The notes below the pieces were generated by a model that saw only the letters and a program-made list of their open reading frames with translations, was not told the DNA's origin and did not search any database. DNA of 64,000 nucleotides, from contig CBFFRQ010000013.1 in NCBI GenBank assembly GCA_965644315.1, forward strand, positions 310,001-374,000. The letters are read 5' to 3'. The DNA is from Caecitellus pseudoparvulus. Taxonomy: Eukaryota > Protista > Bigyra: Bicosoecida. Of the stretch, positions 1 through 11,466 are shown piece after piece. The position numbers were made by a program, and so were the translations under genes. Position 1 is the stretch's first letter. Every line of letters begins with the position of its first letter.

Positions 1-220
1 TGAGTATGACGAGCCAGAGGCTGCCGGCAAGCTGGCACGCAAGCGCCTGCGCCGGCTAGGTTTCCTTGATGCAGCGGGGGCGCCTGTCGAGCAGATTACA
101 GGTACTATTCGGCAGGATGTCGTAAAGTATTTGCTCGGTAGGGGATTCAGCATTACCTCCATCAAAGCTGCGCTGGCGGAGGTGGGTTCCGGACCGCCTC
201 GCAGCGCGGAGCCACGGTGA
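1..220 (+). CDS. 3' end of a RecX-like protein (5'-partial)
   Basis: Frame from nt 2 reads EYDEPEAAGKLARKRLRRLG...RQDVVKYLLGRGFSITSIKAALAEV, TGA at 218-220. This resembles the RecX C-terminal pattern (DE.E.A..LA.K...YL..RGF....I..AL). It is absent from the ORF track because no start codon lies in the window. Confidence 0.55.
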   Translation, partial: EYDEPEAAGKLARKRLRRLGFLDAAGAPVEQITGTIRQDVVKYLLGRGFSITSIKAALAEVGSGPPRSAEPR

Positions 221-382
221 AGTAAGAACTGTCAAAACCAATGCTGCACAGCTCGCCTCCCGTGCCACCAAGTTCTGGGTAGCTTCCAACCTGGGGCTTG
301 TATCAGCCCTTTGCCTTGTGGCGCCGCCCTTGCTTGAGCGGAGTCAGAGCAGTGCTCCATTGAGCATCCACGTTGGTGCCGA

Positions 383-1483
383 ATGAAGTGGCAGTTCACC
401 CCCTTCGGGGAAGACCCACCGCCGGCTTTGCCTGCACAATGGAATTATTTCTACGTAGTCATTGCTTTAGCGCTTGCAACGGTGAGTTGTGGAGAGCAAG
501 CAGGGGAGGGCGGCGCCTGGCGTTTCGCTGGCGTGCCATGAGCCTTACAAAGCTTGCCACACCTCGAATGTGGTCCCCTGACGCCCCCGTCTTGCAGGTG
601 GGAGCATACACAGCCATCCAGTTCATTGAGTCGTTGGTACGGACGCCTGCGTTTTCATCCGCCATGGCCTTCCCGACAAGAAGCTTGCCAACGCTGCCTG
701 CAGGTGGCAACGCAGGAGCGTTTGTCTCGCACAGAAGAGAATCAAAGCAACCTGAATGTGTTTGGCATCCTCGCCGCATCATTTTGCATCGGAGTGAACA
801 GTGTTTGGGTCATGCACTTCATCAACACCAGCGCTGTGCGCCACGGTGTGAAGGTCGAGTACAACCTTGCCGAGACGCTGCTGAGCTTGGTGTTCATCCT
901 GCTCTGCGCCTTTGTGGGCATATCCATCACAGCCTGCCATAAGGATGGCTTGCTTGGCCCCCCCAAAGCCTCCACGTACCACCTCACTCGCCTGCGCATG
1001 CCAGCCCCCGGCGCCTCCATCGTGCAGCACCTGAGCTTCATGTTGGAGCAGGTGCAGGACGCCGTGGGCTGGCGCCTAGCCTTGGGCGGCACCATTCTCG
1101 GGGCAGGTGTCGGGGCCATGCATTACACCGGCGTCAACGCTATCCGAGCCAACTTGGAGTTGTACATGGACCCTGTCTGGATGCTGACCAGCGTCCCCAT
1201 CGCTGCTGTCGGAGGCATGGCCATCATCTGGCTCATGTTCCACATGCACGGGTTCGTGAAGCGCTGCATCGCGGCAGTTATTTTGGGAATTGCAGTTAGC
1301 TTTGTGCACTTCTACGCTTACTTTGCCGGGACGTACTCTGCCCTTCCACGCGACCGCTGGGACCCAGACGCGTTTGCAAAAGAGGTCTTGGTAGAGGCGG
1401 AGCCCGCTGTGGTCGCTGCCACGCTGCTCTCCTCCGTCTTCCGCTTCCTCTTCCTTGGCATAATTTCTGCGGGTGCAGAGTGA
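383..1483 (+). CDS. Stand-alone MHYT-domain integral membrane sensor
   Basis: Exons 383-481, 598-636 and 704-1483 join in frame through GT-AG introns. The protein has WNYFYVVIALALATVGAYTAI, then the repeats VWVMHF, GAMHYTG and SFVHFY among multiple TM helices. Confidence 0.8.
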
Positions 1484-1506
1484 GTGGCGCCAGACGTACA
1501 CCGCAC

Positions 1507-1514
1507 AATGCATT
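1507..1514. terminator. Palindromic AATGCATT, candidate bidirectional polyadenylation signal
   Basis: Sits centrally in the 55-nt gap between convergent stops at 1483 (+) and 1539 (-). Confidence 0.55.
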
Positions 1515-1538
1515 CCTGGGGGAGCGGGCGCGCTGCGC

Positions 1539-3113
1539 TCACCAAAGGCTTTCGGTGCCGTTCTTCACGAACGTCATGTTGAAAAGCCGCCATCCCACCA
1601 CGTCTTCTGAGTAGGAGTAGGTGTTCCTGTTGAAGCCTGGGTCATTCACGAAGAGAGTGTCCACCGCCTCGTAGCGAGACTGCCCACCGCGCAGCTGGGC
1701 GGTGTCGGCCTCCTCCGCTCCGTCCCATCCAGTGACCAGCACGAAGTGGTGCCCATGCATCACATTTGCAATGACAGGCCTGCCAGACTTGAGCAGCTCG
1801 ATGATGGTGGTCACCGGCAGGTTGTTGGTGGGGTGCATCGCGTCAGACGGCCAAGAAATGTGCTCCGGGTTCACCCTGGGCACCACTGACTCAATGAGGT
1901 CGTTGCCAGAGGTGTACCCGCCGTGCGTCTTCAGCCAGCTGTTTAGGGTGCCGGGGTTGCTGGAGTCGCCCGAAATCTTAATTCCCTTGCCACCAATGGC
2001 CATGGACGTGGAGGACATGAGGCACCCCACCGCGCACACGGTGGTGGAGACGATGATGTCCTTGCCCCACCGAGGGTCGCATTGCTTGTACAGGGGATAG
2101 TAGAAGGGGATCTGGGCGCCAAGAGGTGGAGTCAAGGCTGCGTCCTCGTCAGCGCTGCCGATGGCTGGGTGCACTGCATATGCGATTACGTCGGTGATGG
2201 CGTCATAGGCATACACGGTCGTGTTGTAGAAGGGGTCATTCACGTCGAACTGCAGACAGCAGAGGAGGGCAGTGGCGCTTGCCAGGCTTGCGATCACGGT
2301 GTTGAGGGACTCACGCCGTCGGCAGCCGAGTTCCAGCCCGTCACCAGGACGAAGTGCCCATTGTCGTGCACGTGTGCGATGTAGATCGTGCTCCCCTTTG
2401 CAATCTCCTGGGAAGACAGGAACGGAGCGAGGCTTGCATGGGCGGAGCAAGATGGTGCCTGCATGTCACGCTTGGTCGTACCTTGCGCATGATGGGTAGG
2501 GAAGGCTTGGGGCTCTCCCCTTGCAGCTTGATGCGGGAGGTCAGGCTGTCTGGGGCGTCAAGACGAAGGTTGTTGCAGTCCCCAGCCAAGCAGAGATACC
2601 CTTTATTCTGCTCAAGCCATGTGTTCATCGTGCCCGGGTTCACCAGCTCGCCTGTGCAGGGAACGGCGGGCGATGTGGCTCGGCTGCGTCGCAGGCGTGG
2701 TGCCAGCACAAGCCCACGCGGCTCGCAGCACAGGGCGACGGGCCGGGGCTGCCAATACGCATTGGTGTCTTGCTAGCTATGTCGCAACGTCTGGCACCTC
2801 ATTTCGGCAGACTGGCGCGCTGCCCTCAGCTTCAACGCCGCCCCGGAGCAGCTGGCGCCTAAGTGCAGTGCACTTGCAGCACCTCACCTTCGAGGCGCAC
2901 GCCAAGGCCAGCCAGCGCAGAGCTGACGCTGGACATCGCGCAACCTTCCCCACAGATGGTGCTGCGTTCCCCGTCACCGGGAGTGCCCATCTCATTGGAG
3001 CCCCACCGGGGGTCGCACTGCTTGTACAGAGGTGGATTCCATGCCGCACGGGCCGTGCTGATGGAGCTTGCAGCGATGCAGGCTGCTGCCAGCACAGCAG
3101 CAGCAGTCTTCAT
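1539..3113 (-). CDS. Secreted protein with two tandem C39-like (papain-fold) cysteine peptidase domains
   Basis: Exons 3113-2888, 2651-2482, 2407-2315 and 2249-1539 join in frame. Signal peptide MKTAAAVLAAACIAASSISTARA, followed by two copies of YKQCDPRWG...GCxMSS...HFVLVTGW...VNDP. Confidence 0.8.
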
Positions 3114-3382
3114 GTTGATACTGGGAAGGGGAGATCGCTGGGGAAAGCTCAACAACGTCGCCAACTGAGTCGCGCCTAGTGTTGAGGATGATTTATCGGC
3201 GGGGTACAAGCGGCTGGCTCGCTACCGGGACCCACCCGCAAGGAGCAATGGCCAGGCAGGCGCCTCACCGCACTTGCTGCAAACAAGACACGTAAAGTTG
3301 CTGACTAGGTCAGTAGGCTGTGACCACAACCTTGTGCGGGCTGTGCATTCCGAAGCAGGATTGGCAAGGCAAGGCGGCACGG

Positions 3383-4640
3383 TCACACAAAAGTGGTGCG
3401 CTCGTTGCACGCGCTTCCCATGAAGCCACGATCACACATGCAGGTGCCTGAGGGTGTGTGGCATGTGCCACGGCCTGAGCAGGGGCGGGCAATGCCTTCC
3501 CCTGCCCCTGCCGTGACAGGCAGCGTGCCCGCTCCGCCGACCCCCCCCGCAACGTCGGCAGCACTGGGGCACGCTTGGTCTTGGCATGCATGCCCAGAGT
3601 ATCCAGGGTCACAGACACACACCATGGTGGCCTCAGCATCGAAGGCGCCAGAGTAGCTGTAACCTGCGGCCTCCACCACCTGCTTCAGTGGCGTGCAGGT
3701 GCCTCTGAAGCTGCAGTCCAACGGGCAGGCATTGCGCTGGCATGAGTCGCCAGTAAAGCCGACATCACATGTGCATGTGCCATGCACGCGATCACAAGCC
3801 CCACGGTTTGAGCACTCGGCATACTGGTGGGCCGAGCCAGGCTGCGAGGGGGTGAACGATACTCCGCTGTTCTGGGAGACGTTGAACACATAGTGGTCGC
3901 CTGCTGCAACATCTTCATCTGCATCAGTGCCGGGCAGGTCCATGTAGATGTAGACCCCAACTCCCTCACCCTTGCTCTGTAGTTCTACGGCCGAGCCAGA
4001 GCCGACGCCGACCCCGTTTCCCGCTGTGGTGAGGGTTATGGGCGGCAAGTAGAACTGCTGATCATGAAGCTTGTACTTGATCAGAGCATCCGAAACGCCT
4101 GATCCAGTGGTGCTGGTGGAGACGACTTCCAGGTCCACTCCAATGTCACGGCGCCCTTGCGGTGAGTTCACAACGAGGACATGCAGCTTGGCTTCCGATG
4201 ACGCAGCTGCCGGGGTGAAACGAATGCTTGATGGGAGGGAAAAATCATCCTCGTGCACTGTTGTAGTGGACAGTGACGTGGTGACACGGCCATAAGGGCA
4301 TACCTGCAGATTCAGGGGCGAAACGCGGGTGCCAAGTCAGTGAACCCGAAACGCACGGCAGGCGCCATCACCCCCCCACGTACTTTGAGAGAGCAGTCTG
4401 CCCCTGTGTACGCCTCTCTTTCCCCAGATTTAGTCCCAATTCTGCTGAAGCAGTCACACCGGTCCACTGCATTGCACAGCCCTGTGTCAGGGAGGCAGCG
4501 GAAGATGCTCAGGCGGTCTGAGCTCGGCCTGAAGCAGGCTGGCAGGTCTCACCGTGCCCTGAGCATGCGTTTGGGCACGCTGCTTGCACGGCAGCGAATG
4601 CCAGCGAGGCGATCAGCACGAGGGTGGCTGTCGCGTGCAT
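3383..4640 (-). CDS. Tubular mastigoneme (Sig1/Ocm-like) EGF-repeat protein
   Basis: Exons 4640-4553, 4481-4384 and 4303-3383. Signal peptide followed by CPNACSGHG, YTGADCSLKVCPYG, ECSNRGACDR and CSGRGTC EGF-like repeats. Confidence 0.8.
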
Positions 4641-4848
4641 GACTGAGGAACTGCCAGGTGTGTGAGAGCAGCCGCGGTGTGCCGGACCAAGGCGTGGCGG
4701 CCAAACCAACAACAACAGCTTGCAGGCCCAGGCAAGATTCGAATGGGGGGTAGTTCAGTGCATGAATGGATTGAGAAGACAACGCATATGATGAAGGGCG
4801 CAGGTTTACCTGCAGCATACTGGAGTGAAGGGGGGCGGCGCTGACAGC

Positions 4849-6478
4849 TTACACGAGCTCGACAAAAAGCGTGCCTGGAGCTTTGCCACCTCCAGCAGCA
4901 GCTCGTCCGGCATAGCCAGCGTCTGGGTGGCCGAACACGACGCTACGCTTCTTGAAGTGTTCACGGATAGCATCGTGCGACAGATGCGAACCCTGGCAGC
5001 CACCTGCCAGTATGTGGGAGAGGCTGGGCGTGGCGTCAGCCAAAGCAGCCACCGCGCGCACAGACACGCCGTCACACTGCGCGACGTCGAGGACCTCCAG
5101 ACGCCTGCATGAGGACAGCGATGCAATGCTGGCATCCGTGGCTGCCGTCGCGTTCAGCCGCAGGGAGCGGAGCTCGGGGCAGCTGAAGGCGACCGCCTGC
5201 ACCGTGTGCCGCCCCAAGCCGTCTGCTCCCGACACGTCAAGGTGCCGCAAGCCTCGGAGAGTGGACACTGCCGCGGCGAACTTGGCGTCTGACAAAGCCA
5301 CCTGCCCTTGCACAGCAAGGCTCTGCAAGCCACCGCAGCCGCCCACCAGCGCGGCAAAGTGCTCATCCTTCACCTCCTCACTGCCCAGCATCACATCGTC
5401 GGACGACACGTCCAGCTCCAGCAGCTGAGGCGCGTGCGCTGCCAGGGCAACAAGCACCTGCCCCGTGCATGCTTTGGTGCCTCGCAAGTGCAGGTGGCGA
5501 AGGCGCTGCCTGGAGCAGGCCAGCAGCTCTGCCACTGCTGTAGCGGAGATGTTGTAGCAGCCGGTCAAGTTCAGCTCGAGCAGGGATGGAGCAGCCTGTG
5601 CGATGAGGCGCAGCGAGGCATCAGTCATGAGCCTGACATCTCGAAGAGACAAGAATCTGAGGTTTTGTGCTGCTGGGATGATGCGGGCCAGGTCAGCGTC
5701 TGTGAGCTGCACCACTCCGCCAAGGTTCAGCCTGCGCAGGACGCGAGTCCCTGCAACGAGCGACTGGACTGTCGAGCCGTCCACGGCGCTGGAGCCCCCC
5801 AAATCCAGGCTCTGCAGCTTAGGGAGGGGTGCATCCACGATGTGGGCCTCGGGGAACTCTGCGGGCGGGGCAAACGCGGAGCATGACGGGGTGTGACGTG
5901 AAGAATTCGCCCATCGCCGCAGCTCACCCCTGTCGTCCAGGTGTGGCACCGCGAGGCGCAGCTTTCGCAGCACCTCGGCGTGCACAGGCACGCTGGCCAG
6001 TGCCGATATGCCGGGGGTGTGCGCAGCTGCTCGAGACAGGTCCAACTGCGCGGGGAGGGCAGGTGCGGAAGAGGTGCGGGCAGCGGCGTTTCTCCCAAAT
6101 CCGCACCAAGGGACACAGCCCAACATGGCCAGGGCGAGCGGAGCCGCCACTCACACTCGTCCACATGCTCTTGGAGTTCAGTAGATAGAACCAGCGGGTG
6201 CAAACCCCGCTGTGGCGCGTGCGGTCCACCAGCCCCAAGAATGAGAGCAAGTGGGAGAGCAAGTCATCGCCCAAAGCGCTAAACATGCACTGGCAGCAAG
6301 GGTTCCACATGCCCACGCGGGAGCCCAAGCGCTGGCATCCCGTGAAAGTGCTGGGGTGGTGGTGATGGCCGCAGTGCGTGCAAGCCTGGCTGGCTGTCGC
6401 CTGACCTTGGGCTGCAGCCGTGCCTACGTCAGCGCCTGCGCCAGCGTGCGCCAGCGCAGTCCCTGGAAGACCTGGCAT
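4849..6478 (-). CDS. F-box/LRR-repeat protein (FBXL-like)
   Basis: F-box FSALGDDLLSHLLSFL...GVCTRW is spliced (intron 6154-6046) to cysteine-containing LRRs (LxxLNLTGC, LxxLDVSG). Start is either 6478 or 6286. Confidence 0.75.
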
Positions 6479-6799
6479 GGCGGTTTAGGGTGGGAGGTGA
6501 GACGGTGGAGCAAGGCGTGCCCTTCATGTAGTTTTCACGCGTCGTCTGCGTGGCAAAAGTGCGCCAGGTGAAGGAGCAGCTTCATGCTACTGGCGATGGA
6601 GGGGGGGCACACCGCGAAGCGGAGGGGGGGTACCATGCAACAAAGCAAGCCAAACGCTACGCCCGAAGCAAACAACGGCCTACTGGCGAACAAGTGGTGA
6701 ACTAGGTGCAGCCGAGATTTCTCTCAACTGCGCAGGTACTGCACTCCAGCCGTGCGACAGCTGCTGCCTTTGCAGCTGCTCGAGGCTGCGGAAATCGCA

Positions 6800-9697
6800 A
6801 TGGCAGAACATGGCAGCGTGTCGGGAATCGGCCACCTGGCTCGATGTGGGGGGCAAGACATTGCGGCCCGCCCACTTTTTGTGGCGGCAGAGGGCAGGTA
6901 AGCCCCTCCACCATGCATCTGTGACGTTGACAGCCTACTCACCTCGCTGGCCGCTCGTCCCTGCCGCAGGTTGCTGCTGGTGCCCAGCGGCGCAGATGTT
7001 GCCATCTATGCCCTGCCCACTGCCACACGTGTGGGCACATTGACTGGGCACTCGCACAGTGTGACAGGGGTCGTGGCTGGACATGATGCCCGCCACGTCC
7101 TCACCTGCAGCCTGGACGGCAGCGTCAAGCGGTGGGACCTCATCGCAGGCACGGAGGTGGCCACCTTCTCTGCCGGCGCCCCCATCACCCACATGCAGCC
7201 AGGAGGCGATGGCGCAGTGATCCTCGCAACCTGCGCCTCGGCCAGTTTGTATGAGGGCATTCTGGGGCAGGAAGTGCAGGTGGTGGTGTCAGGGCGTGTC
7301 CCTCGCTTGCCGGCGTTCAACCTGCAGCGGCTGGCGCTGGAGCCAGGCGCCGAGCCGTCCACCCTGCACACTGGATCTGGGGTGTGCACTGCGTCGGCAG
7401 CACTGCCCAGCGGGCAGGTCTGCGCCTTTGCCTTCCGCAAGCAGGTGCTGCTGTGGGATGCGCAGCAGGGCACACTGGCCGCCCTCACGCACAGCAAGCC
7501 GCTGACGGCGCTGTCCCTGTGCCCCACGCGGGGGGACGTCGTGGCAGGGGACATCGAAGGGCAAATTTGGACGTGGCCAGGTGTCGCAGTGCCTGGTGAG
7601 GCGCTGCATGTGGCCGTGAAGCCCACTGGCTCCCATTGGCATGCCACGGCCGCGCTGTCAGTGCATTGCACGGAGGATGGCGGGTACACGTTGTCTGGCG
7701 GCGCGGAGGGTGTCATCGTCATTGAACAAGCCACAACAGGCTCCAAGTCGTTCGTGCCACGCCTGGGAGCGGCCGTGTGCCAGGTCACCTGCGCCACCAC
7801 GGCGCCAAGCTCAGCTGACGAGGCGCCGGCAGGCGGAGCGGCCCAGCTGTACTACATCGCCGCCCTGGCAGATAACACAGTGGTGGTCATGGAGGCCTCC
7901 TCCCACAAGGTCACTGGTACCCTGCGGCACATGCCCACCGGCCAGCAACATGCGCTGGCGTGGCGAGCCCCAGAGCCAGCCGCCGCCGTCGGCCTGGGCG
8001 GCCTGACAGACGACAAGGCGGATGCAGTGGCCGCGGCGCCCCTGGCACACCACCCTCTGACGGGCGGCTTCATGGTGCCGGCTGCTTCGGGCAGTGGCCA
8101 CATGCAGGTGTACGCGGCGCAGGCCGGCTCTCCCAGCGCCGGCACCTTCCGCCACTCCTTCCGCGTCACGGCGCGCAACGTCATCTCCGCCAACGAACAC
8201 ACTGCCCCCTGCACCACCCTCGTCACACACAGCGTCGCAGCGCCGGACGGGTCGGGACTCATGACTGCCGAGTGCCCCACGCGGGCCGGTCGGCGGGTGG
8301 GCCCACACACCCTGCGCTTCTTTGGGTACGTGCCAGGGTCTGGGGAGGAGGGCAGCGCTCCCAGCAGGTACGCTCTGGAGACGTACGTGGACATGCCCAT
8401 TACGGACACGGGCTTGGCCCACGTCGCCTGGCGCCCCAGTGCGGAGCATCCCATGGTGGCCACGGCTGCGCCACGCCGCACCTTCCGGCTGTGGGACCGC
8501 GTCCCTGCCAAGGCGGCCACTGGTAGCCACCTGGGGGACGCGGGGCGCGTGGGGGGCACCAAGCGCCCCCGCTCCGGCGCGCCAGCCACGGGCACCAAGT
8601 GCATTTGGCGGTGCCGGTCCGTGGGCTTCTTCCGCGACGCGCCCATCGGCGCCATGGCATTCTCAGGGGACGGCAGCCTGCTGGCTGTGTCCTCGGGCCG
8701 CCTTGTGCCCCTGTGGTGCCCCCTCACTAACGCCCTCAAGGGCCTGCTGACACACGCCACGCCCGGTGCAGCACAGGGCTCCGACGGGGAGGCCACACCC
8801 GTGCACGCGCTGGCGTGGATGGGGCAGTCCCCTCGCCTCCTCACCGCCTCCGCCGGCCACACGACCCTGTGGGATGTCGTGACGTGCCAGGCGCTGTGGA
8901 CGTACGCAGCCCGCACCGTGGCCGTGGCGCCCGTGTCCCTGCTGCCTTCCCAGGGAGGAGGGGACGGCGTCGTGGCTCTCGTGCGCACCCGGCGCAGCCA
9001 GCTGCAGGCTGCCCAGGCCGCCCTGGACACACCCGACCTGCCCAGCCACGAGGCACTGCTGCCGCGAGCCTTGCACAGCAAGCGGGGTGGCGGCACGGGG
9101 GGGGCGCCTGAGCTGGACGTGCCCAGCACAGTGCAGCACCTGGTCGTGTGGACGGGCACGTCGGCGGTCCCCGCTGTCCTGGTGGCCCTGCCCAGCTCAG
9201 TGCCGCCCGTCACGCACATCCTGCCCCTCAAGGGCACGTTGGGCGTGGTCATGCTGCAGTGCACCGGTGGCTCGGTGTGGGAGGCCCACCTGGACCAGTC
9301 TACCGCGCCCCCCGCACAACACGACGCCGAGGCAGTGGCAGCCCGCGTCTTGCCGGCGGCTGCCGCGGCGTCTGCCAAGACAGACGCAGAGGTGGTGGTC
9401 ACGCCTCCTGCCGCCAGCGCAGCCTTGCCCGGAGCTGGGCAGGAGCTGGGCGCCCTGCACACTCTGCCGGCACTGGCGCAGCTGGTGCCGTTCCTGCTCA
9501 AGGCTACCCTGACCCCTGCAAGGGTGTCTCCGGAAGGGGCCAAGCGCCCCGCATTCGAAGGCGCAGTGGAGGGGTCGGTGGAGGTGGGGCCCGCCACGAC
9601 CAGCCAGCAAGCCAGCCTCGCGAAGACGCTGAGGCGTCTGGGCAAGACTGCCGCAGCACAGCCAACGCCGCTGGCGATTTTCACCAACCACACCTAG
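6800..9697 (+). CDS. WDR75: WD40 protein, WDR75/UTP17 (SSU processome)
   Basis: Exon 1 6800-6897 plus exon 2 6970-9697. Motifs HWH...LSGGAEGVIV...SFVPRLGA and AFSGDGSLLAV match the WDR75/Nan1 family. Confidence 0.75.
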
Positions 9698-9743
9698 CCG
9701 GGGCCCGTAGGCAGCTGGAATGCATGCATGCAGCAAGCACCCT

Positions 9744-10520
9744 TCACCGCTTGTGCTTGTGTTTCTTCTTCTTCTTGCCCCGGGCACTGGATGGAGGGGT
9801 GTCCCTGCCGCCCCTTGGCTTCGGAGAGGCCGCGTGTGGTCCAGGTGTGCGGGGAGACGCTCGGCGGGGGGAGGTCGCGCTCGTCCCAGCAAGGTGTGCG
9901 CCAGCCTGCTCCTGCAGCGCCTCGGTGAATGCCCGTGTCGCGGGTGCAGCCCTCTGCCCTTTGGCGGCACAAAAAGCGGAGGCGGTGAAGTACCCTGCGG
10001 CCCGCTGGGCGTCTTCTGCTGCACAGAGCACGGCAGTGGTGCTCAGTGGCGCTGTCGGCGTCACACGGCACTGCGCAACAGGGGGCTCTTGCCCTGCCTC
10101 CACCTGCATGGACTGCACTCTGGGAACCAGCGTCCCGAGCAAGGCAGAGGCTCTGGAGGCTTGTGAAATGGCAATGCGTCTCTCCTTCGCAAATGCTTTT
10201 GCCCTGGCAGCCTGTAGCCTCTCCTGGAGGTCAGGAAACCCCCGCGTTACGGCTGCGTTTCCCGGCAAACCCACCGAGGCGAGCTCTCCTGGACTGCGCA
10301 AAGGGGGCATACTGTCCAGACTGGCCTTCACTTCGTCCACCACTCGAAGCGACTGCTTCAGCAGCGGGACATGCTGCATTGCCGCCCCTTCCTGGAGTGC
10401 AGTCGTGCACAGAGAGGCCACCGAACGCAGCGAGTGGTCTCTGCCCAAGGCACGTGCCAGCAAGCCTCCCACTGCTGTGCCACGAGCCGCAAGGGAGGCC
10501 CTTGAGGCACGTAAGGTCAT
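9744..10520 (-). CDS. Hypothetical protein with basic C-terminal tail (KKKKKHKHKR)
   Basis: 258-aa ORF with helical, Ala/Leu-rich composition filling the space between neighbouring genes. No family recognised. Confidence 0.45.
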   Translation of the reverse strand: MTLRASRASLAARGTAVGGLLARALGRDHSLRSVASLCTTALQEGAAMQHVPLLKQSLRVVDEVKASLDSMPPLRSPGELASVGLPGNAAVTRGFPDLQERLQAARAKAFAKERRIAISQASRASALLGTLVPRVQSMQVEAGQEPPVAQCRVTPTAPLSTTAVLCAAEDAQRAAGYFTASAFCAAKGQRAAPATRAFTEALQEQAGAHLAGTSATSPRRASPRTPGPHAASPKPRGGRDTPPSSARGKKKKKHKHKR

Positions 10521-10575
10521 GAAGCATCATGGGTGCCCCGGATTTCGATCCGCCTTGGGCTTTGGATGTGCCTGT

Positions 10576-11466
10576 TCAGCTCTGAAGCTTTGCCGCTGCC
10601 CTGTGAAGCAACACATCACGCCGCAGCGCCCACGCTGCAGCCGCAACTAAAGGTTGCTGCCGAGACACCAAGTCCCAGGTTCTCTTGATGTCACGTGGTG
10701 GGCCGCCTAGGCTCCCTGTTCCCGACCCGTGCCAGCGGAGGGCCGTCTCGCTGGGCACCTGCTGTGTGCCGAAGGCCCGGCTGAGGAACAGCAACGCAGC
10801 CGGATCAGGAAACGCATCACACAGGCAGGCCATGATGCCAAGCAAGCAGTCGGGCAGGACCTTTGTGAGGTCCAACGTGGGGTGGAGGCACGGCGTGGCT
10901 GAGCTGGGCGGCCCAAGGCGAGACAGCAAACACGCCATCAAGGGGCTGAGTGAGGCGATGAGGGGCTGCAGCAGCAGCAAACGTGCGGAGACGAGCTGCC
11001 CGTTCACTGGCACGGGCATGGCCACAAGGAACTGAGGGTAGAATGGCAGCAGAGTCAGCATGCGCTGCAGCTCGGCCCGCGGCCAGGGGGAGGCGAAGGG
11101 CCACCTGAGCAGCGCCTGCATGCAGCGCACCCTGCCCAAGACGGCTTGCGAATCACCCTCCAGGGAAACGCATGCCTGCAGGGCCCGCACTGGCGGTATG
11201 CAGTCTGGCTGCTGCTGCAGGCACTTGACGAGCCTGCTCACAGAGCCATCGGTGCATGCTGCAGCAGTGAGAGCCAGCGACTCATGGCTGCTGCGTGAGC
11301 ATGCAGCAGGGACACGGCCAGGACCGCGCCCATGTGCGGGAGGAGCACCGCCCATATGTTCAGCCTCCACTGGTATCGAATCATGGACGCTGCTCTGCTC
11401 ACAGGGCGAGCTGCTGGTTTTTGCCGCCGATGCAGCGACATGGCCTGACGCCTGCACGCCAGCCAT
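10576..11466 (-). CDS. Hypothetical protein
   Basis: About 296 aa from GCTATCATGGCT, Leu-rich, ending AAAAWALRRDVLLHR. No family recognised. Confidence 0.45.
   Translation of the reverse strand: MAGVQASGHVAASAAKTSSSPCEQSSVHDSIPVEAEHMGGAPPAHGRGPGRVPAACSRSSHESLALTAAACTDGSVSRLVKCLQQQPDCIPPVRALQACVSLEGDSQAVLGRVRCMQALLRWPFASPWPRAELQRMLTLLPFYPQFLVAMPVPVNGQLVSARLLLLQPLIASLSPLMACLLSRLGPPSSATPCLHPTLDLTKVLPDCLLGIMACLCDAFPDPAALLFLSRAFGTQQVPSETALRWHGSGTGSLGGPPRDIKRTWDLVSRQQPLVAAAAWALRRDVLLHRAAAKLQS

Noticed and set aside
56-289. 77-aa minus-strand ORF at the window start
   Set aside because: It has a non-ATG start and overlaps the more convincing plus-strand RecX-like frame.
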